Shown here: piece by piece, positions 62,257 through 64,000 of the stretch
Layout of the letters: each line of letters starts with the position of its first letter
Position numbering within the stretch: the first letter of the stretch is position 1
Origin: a virus
Lineage: Duplodnaviria > Caudoviricetes
IMG/VR virus record: IMGVR_UViG_3300037070_003657
Coordinates: 225-64,224 of that record
Strand: one strand, 5' to 3'
Length of the DNA: 64,000 bases
Position numbers and translations under genes: made by a program
The notes under the pieces: generated by a model
Told to the model about the DNA's origin: nothing
The model's input: the letters and a program-made list of their open reading frames with translations, nothing else
Database searches by the model: none

Positions 62257-62874
62257 TCAGCGGGCGAGCAGGAAGTGCGCGACGTGGTGCGGCAGGTACC
62301 ACAGGTTGGGTGACCTGCCGGTGCCGGTGTAGAACGACTGGCCCATGCCGTTGCCACGGTGACGGGCATCCCAGACGCAGTCCTTGCTGTCCTCGTTGGC
62401 GCACTTCTCGTACGCCCCGTGAGGTGAGGTCAGGTACAGCATGGAGTGGGCGATGTGGTGAGGCAGCCGCCAGATGCGGCCACTCTCACCGATGAACACG
62501 ATGCCGTCAGCACCGGTGGCGTGCGGCTCGTAGACGCAGTTGCGGGGCATCGGCTCCTGCCCGCACGGCAGGTACTCGGTGCGGGGCTGAGCGGCGTGCG
62601 CCTTGCCGATCACAGCCAGCGCCAGGAACACGCCGACCACGATGATGCTGAGCAGCGATCCGAGGACAGCGCAGCCGGTGGCCACCGTGCCCCGCTCACT
62701 CCTCACGTGACGCCCGGTCTCGACGCAGCGGTAGGTCTGGCTGGCCCACCGGTTGGAGAGGATGATCGCTGACTTGCGGATGTAGTGACTCGACGAGCGG
62801 TACCGAGCCGACAGGATGGCGAACGCCAAGGCGTCGAACCTGGTCGGGTCGTTGTCGCAGAGGTTGGTACTCAT
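62257..62874 (-). CDS. membrane-anchored/exported protein with duplicated C..E....CV(W/Y)...LPHH.AH domain
   Basis: internal TM and AHA|A site; two repeat units. Confidence 0.7.
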   Translation of the reverse strand: MSTNLCDNDPTRFDALAFAILSARYRSSSHYIRKSAIILSNRWASQTYRCVETGRHVRSERGTVATGCAVLGSLLSIIVVGVFLALAVIGKAHAAQPRTEYLPCGQEPMPRNCVYEPHATGADGIVFIGESGRIWRLPHHIAHSMLYLTSPHGAYEKCANEDSKDCVWDARHRGNGMGQSFYTGTGRSPNLWYLPHHVAHFLLAR

Positions 62875-62893
62875 GGTGACTCCCTCACTCATG

Positions 62894-62907
62894 TTTATCC
62901 GGATAAA
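62894..62907. repeat. TTTATCCGGATAAA palindrome
   Basis: upstream of the GAGTGAGGGAGTCAC leader. Confidence 0.95.
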
Positions 62908-62985
62908 CCGGACGGGGTGACTGACTGTCACTCCGCGACACAAGCCCGGCATCGGAGGATGACGGGCTTGCATCGTGGTGCGGTG

Positions 62986-63216
62986 TCAGCGCGTGACCAC
63001 AGCGTTGTGGTCGGGCGTGCCGTTGTGCAGGTTGTTCGCCAGGGTGCGCGGCTCGGCGTGGATGTACGCGCCACCGTCACCGGCCAGCGAGAGGAAGCGG
63101 GTGCCGATGCCGCAGACCTCGCACACCTTGACCGTGCTGGGCAGGTTGCCCGTCGAGCGACGGGTCAGGTCAACCTCGACGGGCTGACGGGCGGCATCCC
63201 GGATGACGCCCATCAC
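62986..63216 (-). CDS. small Zn-binding hypothetical protein
   Basis: CEVCG...YIH...DH.A. Confidence 0.55.
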   Translation of the reverse strand: MMGVIRDAARQPVEVDLTRRSTGNLPSTVKVCEVCGIGTRFLSLAGDGGAYIHAEPRTLANNLHNGTPDHNAVVTR

Positions 63217-63313
63217 CGACGCCCGCCCAGGTTGGACGGGTCACGCCAGCAGAGGACGACGAGCCCGGTGAAGTGGGCCACGATGATCGCCACCGTGACC
63301 CACTCGCTGGCGG

Positions 63314-63520
63314 TCACGACTCCACCGGCATGTTCAGGACGAACGAGCCGAGCAACTCGTCGATGGTGTAGCCGTTGCGGAACATGCTGACCACGGTCTG
63401 CGCGTTCTCCGCGTTCCACCCCATGCCCGCCGCCTCGAACGCCTCGCGGGCCAGCGTTCGGTAGGCGATGAACTCCGGGCTGAGCCCGGCGTTGGGGACC
63501 TGCTTGGTTGTTGCGGCCAT
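63314..63520 (-). CDS. first gene of leftward early operon, hypothetical
   Basis: SD GAGGGAG; first ORF after the promoter. Confidence 0.7.
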   Translation of the reverse strand: MAATTKQVPNAGLSPEFIAYRTLAREAFEAAGMGWNAENAQTVVSMFRNGYTIDELLGSFVLNMPVES

Positions 63521-63550
63521 GACGTGACTCCCTCACTCATGATGGTTGGC

Positions 63551-63589
63551 TTTATCCGGATAAACGTTGACCGGGTTTATCCGGATAAA
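63551..63589. repeat. two tandem TTTATCCGGATAAA palindromes
   Basis: 63551-63564 and 63576-63589, in the 5' leader of the early operon. Confidence 0.95.
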
Positions 63590-63641
63590 CGCCGGTCGGC
63601 TGACCGGCTGACGGTGGGCAGACTTCTCCCACTCAGAACCC

Positions 63642-63671
63642 ATTCTATCCCAACCTGACACACCTAGTCAA
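63642..63671 (-). promoter_or_regulatory. strong SigA-like leftward (early) promoter
   Basis: minus strand TTGACT-18 bp-TAGAAT. Confidence 0.8.
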
Positions 63672-64000
63672 CTAGATCACTAGACAATGACGGGCTCGGT
63701 TGACCCCTCGGTTGACTGGCCCAGCGCGTCCCGTTCGGTGACTCGTTGACTGACTGACTGACTGGCTCACCCCGGTTGCCAGCGCGCGAGTCTCGCCCGC
63801 CTCGGCCAGCGTTCGGTAAACCGGAGCTGCCCCTCCGGACACAGCAATGCCCCGGTCCCTCCCGCACGGGGCGAGGGACCGGGGCAACCGGGTCCGGACA
63901 TGCCGATGCCCCGCACGGCGTACCGTGCGGGGCATCGGGTCTAGCGGGTTAGGAGGCCTTGGCCTCCGGCGCCACCGGCGCGCCGTACTCGCTCGTGAGG

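Noticed and set aside
63664-63935. ORFs 63664-63867 and 63672-63935
   Set aside because: Low-complexity translations overlapping the promoter region with no convincing SD; not called as genes.
1-64000. tRNA genes or stop-codon reassignment
   Set aside because: No cloverleaf or T-loop signature noticed in the few intergenic gaps; genes end normally with TGA or TAG and are tightly coupled.

Overview
The window is most or all of a high-GC tailed (siphovirus-like) phage genome, very probably infecting an actinobacterium (actinobacterial-type SSB, SigA-like promoters, cluster-B/Microbacterium-like two-capsid-protein head module). Left part (+ strand): small DNA-binding and Zn-ribbon genes, terminase, portal, MuF/protease fusion. 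An ~11 kb inverted (- strand) block at 9.3-20.5 kb carries fibre/adhesin, glycosidase and lysis genes. It is followed on + by capsid, tail, tape-measure and minor-tail genes (20.7-40 kb). Right part (- strand, 40-63.5 kb): Cas4-like exonuclease, Rad52-like annealase, primase-helicase, split replication initiator with iterons, ParB-like protein, SSB and many small accessory genes, driven from a strong leftward promoter at ~63.65 kb. I saw no integrase, repressor, DNA polymerase, tRNA or CRISPR array. Most notable unexplained structure: (1) at least 16 dispersed, intergenic copies of the palindrome TTTATCCGGATAAA; (2) a long intergenic stem-loop whose loop is the exact 15-16 nt antisense of the ribosome-binding regions of two early genes, a candidate kissing-loop translational control; (3) an endonuclease VII gene inserted into a tail gene with a duplicated, frameshifted N-terminus; (4) a fibronectin-III domain split between two adjacent fibre proteins. 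All family assignments come from motif recognition by eye; no database search was run.
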